Positions 19,163 through 28,576 of a DNA stretch of 64,000 nt are shown here, piece by piece. The translations under genes and the position numbers were made by a program. Where the stretch lies: IMG/VR virus record IMGVR_UViG_3300032167_000002, positions 24,286-88,285 of that record; one strand, written 5' to 3'. Source of the stretch: a virus (Duplodnaviria; Heunggongvirae; Uroviricota; Caudoviricetes). The notes under the pieces are model-generated. The model was not told where the DNA came from and ran no database searches. It was given only the letters and a program-made list of their open reading frames with translations. Positions within the stretch are counted from its first letter, which is position 1. Each line of letters begins with the position of its first letter.

Positions 19163-19642
19163 TTACAAGGTCTTGCTTTCACTCACAAAGTATTTTGCAT
19201 CGTATTTTTCAAGCAAGGCTTTGACTTTCTTGCTTTTCTCTTGGCTGTCGCAGTAAATGTTGAACACAGACCACTTGCCGATTTTGGGAATGTAGTTGCA
19301 AGGGATTTCTTCTGCGGTCAAATCACAATGCAGGCTTTTGGTGTAGGGGTCAAAGACAGTTGCTTCAATCTTCCAAAGCTTGTCCTTGCGTGCCTTTTCT
19401 TCAATGAGTTTTACCACATAGACACCCACCAAATTACACAGAGCCACAATTCCTGCTTTGAGGTAGAGGTCAAGTTCACACATTAAGTAAACAGTGACGA
19501 TGGTGTACAGACCATAGGCAACCGCATTGATAACTGCGGCAGACACCTTTCCGCATTTAACAGTGGCGATAGATTTTACAGTTTGAATGATAACATTGGC
19601 GATGTTCAGAGCGATGAACACAATCAGCAATTTCGTATCCAT
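19163..19642 (-). CDS. Membrane protein, DUF5698/UPF0316-like, with small soluble C-domain
   Basis: Three hydrophobic helices (NVIIQTVKSIATVK...AAVINAVAYGLY) followed by a polar domain. Confidence 0.6.
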   Translation of the reverse strand: MDTKLLIVFIALNIANVIIQTVKSIATVKCGKVSAAVINAVAYGLYTIVTVYLMCELDLYLKAGIVALCNLVGVYVVKLIEEKARKDKLWKIEATVFDPYTKSLHCDLTAEEIPCNYIPKIGKWSVFNIYCDSQEKSKKVKALLEKYDAKYFVSESKTL

Positions 19643-19736
19643 TCACTTCACTTCCTTTCTGTGGTTATTATAGCACAAATCTCTCTGTTTGTCAATACCC
19701 TTTTGGAAATTATTTTTCCGGGCGGAGCCAAAGGGG

Positions 19737-19982
19737 TTAGAACCCCCTGGCATCCTTGTCGTTGTCCTTGGCAGGCATCGGCACCGCAGGAGTGGGAGCC
19801 TTTGGCTTGTTGATAATGGCATCCACCTGCTCATAGAGTGCGTAAGCCCTCTTGGACTTCTTGTACACCTTGCGGAGTTCGGAGTAGGTGAGGGAGTTGA
19901 ACTGCTCGTCGGTCATAGTGACACCGACCTTGCTGAGCTTGTTGCGGATGGACTTGAGGGACATTTCATTGAACATTTTCAT
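19737..19982 (-). CDS. Hypothetical protein
   Basis: Start behind the AAAGGAACTGATACT leader. Confidence 0.6.
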   Translation of the reverse strand: MKMFNEMSLKSIRNKLSKVGVTMTDEQFNSLTYSELRKVYKKSKRAYALYEQVDAIINKPKAPTPAVPMPAKDNDKDARGF

Positions 19983-20077
19983 AGTATCAGTTCCTTTCTT
20001 GTTTTCTGTAATTATTATAGCACACTTTTGGATGTTTGTCAATAGGTTTTTTGAAACTTTTTTTCTTTTGTGGGGAA

Positions 20078-20260
20078 TTAGTACCCCCCACAACCGCGGT
20101 AAGTGCGGAAGAGACTGTCAGCCTTTTCCTTGGTCATCGGACCGAACTCTTCGCAGTAGTAGCGGAAAGAGAGTTCATCCCAACACTCGACCACACAATC
20201 ACCGCCGTTGCAGTAGTTCTGCATTGCGTAGTCCATGAACTGCTTGTAAGTCATACCCAT
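20078..20260 (-). CDS. Hypothetical protein
   Basis: Own promoter; SD AAGGAGG. Confidence 0.6.
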   Translation of the reverse strand: MGMTYKQFMDYAMQNYCNGGDCVVECWDELSFRYYCEEFGPMTKEKADSLFRTYRGCGGY

Positions 20261-20584
20261 TGTTGTTACCTCCTTGACTTTGTACCCTTATTATACACCC
20301 GATAATGGGAAATGTCAATAGTCAATTTGCACAAAGATTTCGCCCCAAAAATTGTTGAAACTGGTTATTTCGCCGAAAAACCGGCGCTGGCGTACGTCAG
20401 CGCGCGGCCGAATTTTTGTGCAAAATGACGAAGACCCAAGGGCGCCCCCCTGGGTCTTTTCTCGGCTGTTTTGTTTTAGTACCATACCCCAGGGTTGGGC
20501 GCCTTCCCCCTAGTGGTTTACCTCCAGACGATGACAGCACACCGCCAATGGAATGGGGCCGATTGGCTCGACCCCTTAGGAGCC

Positions 20585-20944
20585 TTAGGAACGAGGGCAG
20601 GCAAGTGTGACCTTGTACTTCGTTCCATTGTGGATGAACAAGAACTCGCGTTCGGGGTTGTTGATGGTGAAATCTTCCACACCCAAAACTCGCAGACCAT
20701 CCATCATTGCGGAGCAGATTTCAGCCTTTTCAGGCTTGGCTTTCTTCTCTCGCTTCACTGGGGTGGTGCTGACCTTGCGCTCGGCTTGTCTTGCCTTTTT
20801 TGCGCCTTTCTCAAGTTCGGGGTCAAGCTCAAACATCTTTGCGCCCCTGTCGATTGCTTTGTCATCCTCAATCAACTGGATTGCTTCCTCTCGGCTGATG
20901 CCGAGGCTTGCCATGTGCTTGGCAATTAACTTTTCATCAAGCAT
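20585..20944 (-). CDS. Hypothetical protein, DDKAIDRG family, paralog 2 of 2
   Basis: EEAIQLIEDDKAIDRGAKMFELDPE. Confidence 0.75.
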   Translation of the reverse strand: MLDEKLIAKHMASLGISREEAIQLIEDDKAIDRGAKMFELDPELEKGAKKARQAERKVSTTPVKREKKAKPEKAEICSAMMDGLRVLGVEDFTINNPEREFLFIHNGTKYKVTLACPRS

Positions 20945-21069
20945 TGACTCACTTCCTTTCTGTGATTATAGTATAGCACAGACAGAGGGATTTGTCAAGT
21001 GCTTTTTGAAAATTTTTTCGCCGGGGTCAAGGTGGGCAGGGGTTACCCCCTGCCCTTGGGGGAGTAGGC

Positions 21070-21429
21070 TTACTCCGCAATCTTGCGGAAGTATGCCTTA
21101 CGCTTTTCCTCGACACGCTCAACCTTGGTGCCAATCATACCACGCACGATGGCAGAAACACGCTGGTTGGTCAGTTCCGCACACGCAGGAACAGTCTTGA
21201 TGAGGTCGGTGATGGTGTAGAGGACACCATCTTCCATCGCATTGACGATGGCATCAGCGACACCTGCGTTTGCCACCTGCTGTGCGGTCGGCTTCTTTTC
21301 CGCAGAGTTCTTCTTGGCGAGCAGTTCCAGTTCGTGGGCGATGAAAGCCTGCTCATCGGCAGTCAGAGGGTAGTTGGCAGAAATCTGCTTGAAGTAGTCA
21401 GCCTTGGTCATCTTCTTGTTGTTAGCCAT
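21070..21429 (-). CDS. Probable winged-helix protein, paralog 3 of 3
   Basis: Shared motifs as in paralog 1. Confidence 0.75.
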   Translation of the reverse strand: MANNKKMTKADYFKQISANYPLTADEQAFIAHELELLAKKNSAEKKPTAQQVANAGVADAIVNAMEDGVLYTITDLIKTVPACAELTNQRVSAIVRGMIGTKVERVEEKRKAYFRKIAE

Positions 21430-21554
21430 AGTATCAATTCCTTTCGGTTTTAACGACTTGAACCTGTCGATGAATTTATTTGTAAGAGGTTTTCCTCTTT
21501 ACATACTTATTATAGCACATCTTGATTTGTTTGTCAAGAGTTTTTTTTAATTTT

Positions 21555-21790
21555 TTTTTCTTTGGCTTGGCTGAGCCTTTAAGCCACAGTTAGGGTGAGT
21601 CCGCTTTCACCACCAAAGAAATTGGCTTTTGTATCCTGCGTATCCACGACATTTTTTCAGCCTGCGTGGTCTGGTTCACATTTGTATTCCGCAAACAGGA
21701 ACACCTTGCGGTCGGGTCATTGGTAACAAGGTCTTACTCGCTCTCGTGGGCACCCACCTTTTCGTGGTCGCCTTGCCCTCGCCTTTTGTA
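21555..21790 (-). ncRNA. Candidate structured ncRNA (promoter-led, no SD/ORF)
   Basis: About 235 nt after promoter 21796-21824; hairpins such as ACC-GCAA-GGT and CCAC-GAAAAG-GTGG; ends in a stem before an A/T run. Confidence 0.35.
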
Positions 21791-22102
21791 CCCTTATTGT
21801 ATCACACTTTAAGGGGTTTGTCAAGGGGTTTTCTCAATTTTTTTTGAGATTTTTTTTTCGCCCTTGGGGGCAGGCTCACCTATCTCCCCTTGACAATGAT
21901 AGTATACCACAGACCGCACCAAAAGTCAATAGGTAATAATGCACAAAAACAGGAATTCAAATCAATCAAACTTTGTGTAACTTTTCTCTTGACAAATTGC
22001 TGGCGGTGTGGTATAATGGAAATTCCGGCGCCCACATCCGAGGGCGCCGCGCCCAAAAATTGAAATGAAAAAGCCACCCCTTGCGGGATGGCTCTTGGTT
22101 TG

Positions 22103-22345
22103 TTACTTTGCCAGGTGTGCCATCAGCACACCCAGGGTCATCAGAGCGAACTCAGACTGGACGAACTGGTCGGGGTGGTTGACGAGGGCGAGGACTTCGC
22201 CAGTCAGACCATCAACGCAGTGGGCGTGGACACCATCCATGTCCCTCTGCATCATTTCCAGAACTGCGACCTCGGGGTCGTTGGTTTCGACAGTGACCTT
22301 GGCATCATCGTAGAAGCTCTCAACAACATACTTGTAGTTCATCAT
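22103..22345 (-). CDS. Hypothetical protein
   Basis: Start behind the AAAGGAAATGATACC leader. Confidence 0.6.
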   Translation of the reverse strand: MMNYKYVVESFYDDAKVTVETNDPEVAVLEMMQRDMDGVHAHCVDGLTGEVLALVNHPDQFVQSEFALMTLGVLMAHLAK

Positions 22346-22433
22346 GGTATCATTTCCTTTCTGGTGTTTGGGATTTTCCTTTCCCTTTGTTGTATTTATT
22401 ATAGCACACTCTTGGGGGTTTGTCAAGGGTTTT

Positions 22434-22841
22434 TTACATTCTTTCAGAAAAATATTTGAAACCCTTTTCGCAGATTTCGAGATAAACCTCTCGGCTTACT
22501 CTCACCCACTCTTCGCTTTTTTCTACCTTGCCTTTGCAAACTGCATACAAAATTGCGTGGCACTGCCATTCGGACTTGCCGACCATGGGGCGGGGAATGG
22601 TACAAAAATCAATGTGGAACATTCCAGGGTTGGTGGTGAGATAATCTTTCATTCTGCGTTGCAGGTTGTAGCTTTTACCAACCTTTACCAAATAGATTTC
22701 TTCATGGGTAAAGGGATTGAAATTGGTGCTACCTACAAGGTACAAACCTTCGCTTTCGGGTGCAGAGAAGCGCAGGGGGTTTGCTTCGTTAATAAATGCG
22801 GGAGTATTTCGCATAGCTTCCAAATGTTCTGCCCAAGTCAT
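22434..22841 (-). CDS. GIY-YIG superfamily (T5orf172-like) protein
   Basis: GLYLVG...LVKVGKSYNLQRRMKDY...EEWV. Confidence 0.65.
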   Translation of the reverse strand: MTWAEHLEAMRNTPAFINEANPLRFSAPESEGLYLVGSTNFNPFTHEEIYLVKVGKSYNLQRRMKDYLTTNPGMFHIDFCTIPRPMVGKSEWQCHAILYAVCKGKVEKSEEWVRVSREVYLEICEKGFKYFSERM

Positions 22842-22930
22842 TACTGTCAGTTCCTTTCTTGTTTTCTGAGTTAATTATAGCACATGATTTTGAATTTGTC
22901 AATACCTTTTTTCGCCCGGGAGGGCAGATT

Positions 22931-23590
22931 TTAGAATCTGCCCTTGACCACTTGGAAGCGATAGGCGGAATCGCCCTTGTGAACATTGCGAGTAAACTTG
23001 CGGTGAGTTGCCCAAACCGCACGCAGAATCTGCATTTCGATTTCACAATCTGCGAGGGCGGTGTGTTCCTCGACGAACTCAATGTCTCCGCTGATGAAGC
23101 GGTAGCAGATTTCTGCGGTCATCTGAACGTTTCCGCTCTTGGTTACAAAGCCATTTTCACAGCAGAATTTGTTGTACTTGGTGTACTTGCCGATGGTCTC
23201 GAAAAATGCCTGCCAAGTGTCGATGAATTCCATTCCCTCGATACACTCAGCAACGAAAGTCTTGTTGAAGTCAAAACCGCTGTTGTGGGCGCAGGCGCAG
23301 GACACATTGTTTTCAGCAAGCCACGCAGAGAAGATTTCGCTTGCCTCTGCTTCGTTGTAGCAGATAATAGTTGCAGGGTCGCGGAGCAGGTCGCGGTAGT
23401 AGTCTTTTTTGAATTTGCCATAGAACGCAGAATCCAAAAGTAGGTTGCCGATGACCACGATGTTGATTCTGCTGATTTCTGCTCTCTTGGTGAAAGCAAT
23501 GCCAGCGCAGTGGTAGGTAGGGCAGTGCGCCTGAGAAGCACCGCCGAGGGTTTCAGTGTCGATAATTGCAAAAGTTTTTTCAGTAAACAT
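22931..23590 (-). CDS. DEDDh 3'-5' exonuclease
   Basis: IIDTET, AHNSGFD and EHTALAD motifs. Confidence 0.85.
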   Translation of the reverse strand: MFTEKTFAIIDTETLGGASQAHCPTYHCAGIAFTKRAEISRINIVVIGNLLLDSAFYGKFKKDYYRDLLRDPATIICYNEAEASEIFSAWLAENNVSCACAHNSGFDFNKTFVAECIEGMEFIDTWQAFFETIGKYTKYNKFCCENGFVTKSGNVQMTAEICYRFISGDIEFVEEHTALADCEIEMQILRAVWATHRKFTRNVHKGDSAYRFQVVKGRF

Positions 23591-23674
23591 TGGTATCATT
23601 TCCTTTCACTTGATAAATTTATTATAGCACAGATTGTTTGATTTGTCAATACCTTTTTTTAATTTTTCCGGGGA

Positions 23675-24079
23675 TTAGCCTTGCTGTAAGGCTACTCCCC
23701 TTTCACGCAGGTATTCTGCGAACTCGTCCGCAGGAAGTTTGTCCATGAGGGTGGACATGGGCAGGTGGGAGACTTCTTTGGTGTAGTTCCACACGCACAC
23801 CTCTTTGAAGTTCCTCTTGGTGACAGTATAGTGGTTCATGCCACATTTCACCAATACCTTGGGGGTCTTGAACAGACCGATGTAGGCTTCTGCATTTCTT
23901 ACCTTGTTTTCACAGACCGCTTCAAAAAAGCTCTCGAAAGTGTCGTAGTAAGTGCGGTTGGTGCGGTCGAGGGATTCTTCCGCATCGAGCAGGTGCAGGT
24001 GCCACCAAATAGAAGTTTCTTCAAAATCTCTGCGAGGAGACAGAGAGATGGATTGTCCGCAATCGTAAACCAGTTTCAT
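23675..24079 (-). CDS. Hypothetical protein
   Basis: Own promoter and shared leader. Confidence 0.65.
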   Translation of the reverse strand: MKLVYDCGQSISLSPRRDFEETSIWWHLHLLDAEESLDRTNRTYYDTFESFFEAVCENKVRNAEAYIGLFKTPKVLVKCGMNHYTVTKRNFKEVCVWNYTKEVSHLPMSTLMDKLPADEFAEYLRERGVALQQG

Positions 24080-24249
24080 GTGTATCAGTTCCTTTCCTTT
24101 GTTGATACTATTGTATCACACCTTTTGGGATTTGTCAACTGTTATTTTGCACAAATAAATTGCACGGAAAATTGTTGAAACTGGTTATTCTGACGAAAAT
24201 CGGCGCGCCTGGACCGTGAGCGCGCCGCCAAAAACAAACGACTGCTTTT

Positions 24250-24519
24250 TCAGCAGTCGTAAGTATAACAACCTGCGAAGGGGTCGAACCCGCATTCGTC
24301 CGCATCGGGCTCGTCCTCGCTTTCGCCCTGGGTCTGTTCCAGGTCGCGGTATCCTGCAAGGGTGTATTCCTCGTGCCACTGGTAATGGTTTCCGCAGTGG
24401 TCGCACTCGCCAACCTTAAAGAGGGTCACAGTGGTGTTGTCCACCTCAATGTCGAGAGTATCGAACTCAACAACCTCGCCCCCGCAAGTGGGGCAAACTA
24501 CAATTCCAGTTTTCAGCAT
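24250..24519 (-). CDS. Small zinc-ribbon protein
   Basis: CPTC...CDHC; acidic tail. Confidence 0.65.
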   Translation of the reverse strand: MLKTGIVVCPTCGGEVVEFDTLDIEVDNTTVTLFKVGECDHCGNHYQWHEEYTLAGYRDLEQTQGESEDEPDADECGFDPFAGCYTYDC

Positions 24520-24662
24520 TCTTCATCATCCTCCAATCTTTCTTTGATTGCTTCAACGATTATCTTGCCGACCTTGACAGCCATCATCAAGGCGAATGCT
24601 CCGACAAAGCCAACCAATGCCCAGCCGATTTCTTCGGGGATTGCGCAAATCATTTCTAACAT
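24513..24662 (-). CDS. Small membrane protein, 49 aa (not in ORF track)
   Basis: Promoter 24694-24722, shared leader, one TM helix. Confidence 0.55.
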   Translation of the reverse strand: MLEMICAIPEEIGWALVGFVGAFALMMAVKVGKIIVEAIKERLEDDEEC

Positions 24663-24732
24663 TTTTATCAGTTCCTTTCTTCTTTGTGTCTTAATTATAG
24701 CACATCAATTGCCGTTTGTCAAGAGGAAATTC

Positions 24733-25185
24733 TCAGATTTCTCTGAGAATTTCCAAGATGTTCTGCACATCGTAGGCTCTGCCTGTCCAGTTCGTTCTGT
24801 TGCGTTCTTCATCGTCGAACAGAATGTCGAGAGGATTGTTGCAGAAGTTCTGCTTCGGAGTGCCATAGGGAACGATGTGGATTTCGTTCCAGTTCACGCT
24901 CGGCAGGTGCTTTCTCAGCCAGTTCAGCTTGACTTCGGTAACTGCTTCGTTGTATTCAGCAGTTCCACTTTTGCTCAACCAAGAGATAACTGCGAGGTTG
25001 TAGCCGTTCCGCTGAAGTGCGTTCAGCTTGCGAGCCAGTGCGGAGAGGTGGAGCAGAGGTCTTGCGTTTGCGTAGGGGAAAGTGTCACCTGCGATGAGGT
25101 ATTCGAGCCAGTTCTCTACACCATAGAGGTCAGCGATTGTGCCGTCCATGTCGAAGTTAATTGTGATGTTCATCTGCTTTGCCAT
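24733..25185 (-). CDS. HAD-superfamily phosphatase, 5'(3')-nucleotidase-like
   Basis: FDMDGTIAD motif I; K...LFDD motif III/IV. Confidence 0.8.
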   Translation of the reverse strand: MAKQMNITINFDMDGTIADLYGVENWLEYLIAGDTFPYANARPLLHLSALARKLNALQRNGYNLAVISWLSKSGTAEYNEAVTEVKLNWLRKHLPSVNWNEIHIVPYGTPKQNFCNNPLDILFDDEERNRTNWTGRAYDVQNILEILREI

Positions 25186-25275
25186 TTGTATCAGTTCCTT
25201 TCCTTTTTGTACCTTAATTATACACCCAAAACCGTGATTTGTCAATACCTTTTTTGAAAAAAGGGAAAGTTTTTT

Positions 25276-25749
25276 TTACTTTCCCTTTTTCATTTCTCTT
25301 GCCCGCTTCTGTGCCTTGTGGAGCACATCCACATTGGTCAGGCTTGCGTTTTCGTACTTGACCTGATACTGAACGCCACCGATTTCCACATCACCGCAGT
25401 AGTCAAAGCGGACATGGTCGGGAGTGTACTCACCCAGACCGCAAGCCTTGTGCAGATAGGCTTCGCACTTGTGACCCTTGTTCTTGTAAGGAATGGCTTC
25501 AAATTCAGCCTTGGTCATGATGGGGGTTGCACCCTTGGCAATCAGCTTATCCTTTTCGGATACGCTGATGTACATCTTGAATTTCTGCTGTCCGCCGTTC
25601 TTGGAGGACTCAAATTCTTCGTGTGCCCAACGAGGAGCGATGTGCTTGCAGTTGTAGATGTAGATGATACCCTTGCGCTCGAAGAAAATCAGAGTGCGGT
25701 CAGCGCCAGTCAGCTTGTTGTAGTAGCGGAAGAAATTACCCTTAGTCAT
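25276..25749 (-). CDS. Hypothetical protein, possible PD-(D/E)XK fold
   Basis: GDVEIGGVQYQVKY resembles a D...QxK nuclease motif. Confidence 0.55.
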   Translation of the reverse strand: MTKGNFFRYYNKLTGADRTLIFFERKGIIYIYNCKHIAPRWAHEEFESSKNGGQQKFKMYISVSEKDKLIAKGATPIMTKAEFEAIPYKNKGHKCEAYLHKACGLGEYTPDHVRFDYCGDVEIGGVQYQVKYENASLTNVDVLHKAQKRAREMKKGK

Positions 25750-26044
25750 TGTTATTATCTCCTTTTCAGTTCCTTTTTGTATCTTAATTATAACACCAGT
25801 TTCCCGGTTTGTCAAGAACTTTTTTTCATTTTCTTGAACTTTTTTTTGATTTAGTGGTCTCTCTCAACCACAAGAACATTGTATCACATCCGGAATAGAA
25901 AGTCAAGCACAATTTTAGGAAAAACAACTATTTATTTTTTGTGCAAATTGCCTATTGACAAATTGCTGGGGCTGTGGTATAATGGAAATAACGCGCGCCT
26001 GGGCCGTGGGCGCGCGACCGAAAAAGCAAAATGGAAAAAGCGCC

Positions 26045-26284
26045 TTAGTAGTAAGGCGCTTCGATTTCCAGTATCTCGGTTTGAATGAGTGTAAAATGTG
26101 CCCTGAACCGACACCCGCACCCGCAAATGTAATCGTCTTTTTTCTCTCTGCGGTTGCTTGTATTGTCCTGGTACACCAGTTCGGATTGGGCACTACTCCC
26201 GCAGTTAGGACATCTAATGCGAGGGTCACGCAATTGTGCTTGCCACTCTCGTGCTATTTCTGCTGCTGTTTTCATTGTTCTCAC
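26045..26284 (-). CDS. Small zinc-ribbon protein
   Basis: CPNC...CGC. Confidence 0.65.
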   Translation of the reverse strand: MRTMKTAAEIAREWQAQLRDPRIRCPNCGSSAQSELVYQDNTSNRREKKDDYICGCGCRFRAHFTLIQTEILEIEAPYY

Positions 26285-26320
26285 CTCTTGGCATTATTAT
26301 AACATGGTTTGGGGATTTTG

Positions 26321-26545
26321 TCAACCCCCGCAAGCACATTTTTTTTCGTAATGTTCTCTAACAAGGAGAGCATCCCGCACTCGCTTCTGGTTGAAATCTT
26401 CTTTGTGAATTACTGTGCAATAGTAGTATTTTGTGCGGAAAATGGGCCAATTGGGATGAATTATCTTTCGATAGACTACATGAACATAGTCTTCGCCGAG
26501 CTTCCATGTGGCTTCGTACTCACCATCTGCCCCTTTAATAATCAT
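26321..26545 (-). CDS. Hypothetical protein
   Basis: ATGA-type coupling to the upstream gene. Confidence 0.55.
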   Translation of the reverse strand: MIIKGADGEYEATWKLGEDYVHVVYRKIIHPNWPIFRTKYYYCTVIHKEDFNQKRVRDALLVREHYEKKCACGG

Positions 26546-26697
26546 CCATTATCACCCCTTTTGAATTTCTGTCTGTTGTATTTCTTCTTGCTTTCTACCA
26601 CAGAGCCACGCTTGCGAAAGTGGAGATACTGCTGAAGTTCTTCTCCCTCTTTCTTGAACATTCTGCGGTCGATTGTGTTTTTCTTTTTCTTACTCAT
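26542..26697 (-). CDS. Small, very basic protein
   Basis: 51 aa, K/R-rich; own promoter and SD AGAGG. Confidence 0.65.
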   Translation of the reverse strand: MSKKKKNTIDRRMFKKEGEELQQYLHFRKRGSVVESKKKYNRQKFKRGDNG

Positions 26698-26759
26698 TTC
26701 GTTTACCTCTTTTCTTTTTGTAATTAAATTATACCATAGATTTAGGGATTTGTCAACCC

Positions 26760-27086
26760 CTAAATCCAATTATTTTCACAGTCCCATGCTTTTGCCCGTC
26801 TGATGATTTCAGAGTAACCAGCAGGAGGATAACCACCAGTAGTTTCGTAGAACATCTTGCAGGCAATCTTCCATCTTGCAGGGTAGGCGGTGACAAGAAT
26901 GTTGCTCTTGGCATCCATTACCATTAAGATACCAGTGGAAGTCAAGCAGTTTCTCTTTCCTCTGTAAATTGTGGTGCAAATGATTTCGCCGAAGCCTAAC
27001 TCTCTATCCATTTTTACAAGTCTTTCTCTGCGTTCGGTGTAGCAGTGGTCGGTGAAACTCACGGTGATGCTCATGCTCTTTAACAT
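26760..27086 (-). CDS. Hypothetical protein
   Basis: Own promoter; SD GAGGAG. Confidence 0.65.
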   Translation of the reverse strand: MLKSMSITVSFTDHCYTERRERLVKMDRELGFGEIICTTIYRGKRNCLTSTGILMVMDAKSNILVTAYPARWKIACKMFYETTGGYPPAGYSEIIRRAKAWDCENNWI

Positions 27087-27153
27087 TTGATTTACTCTCC
27101 TCTCTTTTTGTATCTTAATTATAACACGGGAAAGGGGTTTTGTCAACCCCTTT

Positions 27154-27594
27154 TCAAAAAATTTTTTCGCCAATGTTTGTCACAACTGTGGCTTCAATCC
27201 ACCGCACGCAAATGCCCTTGCTTTCCAAAAGGCGATAGTATTGCAGGTCGTTGTCGAAATTTTGTTCGAAGTCTGCGATTGCCTTAAAGTTTGCGAGGAT
27301 GGGGTTCTTGTGGTAGCGGAACTCAAGACGAGCACGCCAAGCCTCTTTGCTCTGCGAGGGTGCGAGGATAACAAAGGGAATGTTGTTGTTCATGCAGTAT
27401 TCAATCACCACACGATGAGCGGAGATGAATACATTCTTGTCAGTAGCGAGGGCAACCGCCGTCCGCACATAGTTTTCTTCCCATCCTGCGACCTTGACAA
27501 ATGCGGAGCTGTCGAGGTCAACAGTAGTATTGGGGTTATTTCTACAGTAGGTAGATTTTCCACTACCCTGATAGCCACAGTAAATCATTTTCAT
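27154..27594 (-). CDS. P-loop NTPase, nucleotide-kinase-like
   Basis: N-terminal GYQGSGKST Walker A followed by DLDS. Confidence 0.75.
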   Translation of the reverse strand: MKMIYCGYQGSGKSTYCRNNPNTTVDLDSSAFVKVAGWEENYVRTAVALATDKNVFISAHRVVIEYCMNNNIPFVILAPSQSKEAWRARLEFRYHKNPILANFKAIADFEQNFDNDLQYYRLLESKGICVRWIEATVVTNIGEKIF

Positions 27595-27645
27595 TTCAGT
27601 TCCTTTCCTTTTGTACCTACATTGTATCACAGAGAAAGGCTTTTG

Positions 27646-27969
27646 TCAAGCCTTTTCTGCGAGAATTTCCAAAAGTTCATAGCCAGAAAGGAAAGTATTT
27701 CCTGCGAGGTGGTAGGCTCGGCAGTGCTCAGCCAGTTCTTCCCTTGCTCTGTCGTAGCTACGCAGAGCGGAAACCAGTACCCATTTATCCTCGGTTACAT
27801 CGCCCGCAAACATCTTGTATTCTGCGGACTCTTGGGGCAACATAGCCATTGCCTTCTGTCTGCGGTTGATGACTCTCACACAGTACTCAATCTTGTCCTT
27901 TGCATTGCGAGTAGCGATGACGAGTTCGTCTCTCTTGGTCTCTTCGGCAGTCTTGGTAATCTTCTTCAT
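27646..27969 (-). CDS. Hypothetical protein
   Basis: Own promoter; SD AAGGAG. Confidence 0.65.
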   Translation of the reverse strand: MKKITKTAEETKRDELVIATRNAKDKIEYCVRVINRRQKAMAMLPQESAEYKMFAGDVTEDKWVLVSALRSYDRAREELAEHCRAYHLAGNTFLSGYELLEILAEKA

Positions 27970-28181
27970 GGTGTTTAGCTCCTTTGTTCTTTTGTTGTAC
28001 TTAGTATACCACACGGAGACCGATTTGTCAATACCTTTTGGGAAAAATAATTATTTATTTTTTTTCTAATTTTCCTCTTGACAAAATGGCTGGGATGTGT
28101 TATACTGGCAATTAGGGCGCGCCAGGACCGTTGGCGCGCCTATGGCGGGATTCGTCACATTGCACAATTAAAGGGTGTGCC

Positions 28182-28403
28182 TTACTCTTGGCACACCCTC
28201 ATCAGCAGTCTCTCATAGGACACACCTGCTACCTTACACAGCACACGCAGGTTGTCTCTCACCATCAGCTTCTCTGCGTAGGTGATGTCCTCGTTGTCCT
28301 TGTTCAGTACCATGATGATGTACTTGTACTGATGGCTTGCCTGCACCTCAGGCTTTAGCTCTCTTACTGTGCTCAGCATCTTGTTGATAGGTCTCTTGTT
28401 CAT
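28182..28403 (-). CDS. Hypothetical protein
   Basis: SD GAGGAGG; terminator hairpin over the stop codon. Confidence 0.6.
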   Translation of the reverse strand: MNKRPINKMLSTVRELKPEVQASHQYKYIIMVLNKDNEDITYAEKLMVRDNLRVLCKVAGVSYERLLMRVCQE

Positions 28404-28420
28404 TGTCTTGTCCTCCTCTA

Positions 28421-28576
28421 TTAGTTCTTGTTGACAGCGATGATAGTGGCAATAGCAGCTACGCCAAAGGCTACGACTAGAGCCACAAGAGTGATACCCA
28501 GCCACTCAGGACAAGTAGTAGTATTGTCAAGGTTGCTGTTAGCAATCCACATAGCGATGTTGTTAGAAATGGTCAT
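28421..28576 (-). CDS. Small membrane protein, 51 aa (not in ORF track)
   Basis: SD AAGGAG; one TM helix. Confidence 0.55.
   Translation of the reverse strand: MTISNNIAMWIANSNLDNTTTCPEWLGITLVALVVAFGVAAIATIIAVNKN

Noticed and set aside
19720-19755. ggggttagaacccc hairpin as a tRNA fragment
   Set aside because: No D-arm or acceptor stem; it sits at a gene end like a terminator.
836-28069. Long plus-strand ORFs (e.g. 2003..2836, 3371..4033, 10124..10885, 14953..16089, 22859..23443, 24373..25257, 27241..27978)
   Set aside because: They are antisense shadows of well-supported minus-strand genes, with no SD or promoter support.
16866-28505. ORF-track N-terminal extensions such as MCYNKYVIKG...KGTDT
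   Set aside because: They translate the promoter and SD leader; true starts are the ATGs behind the shared leader.
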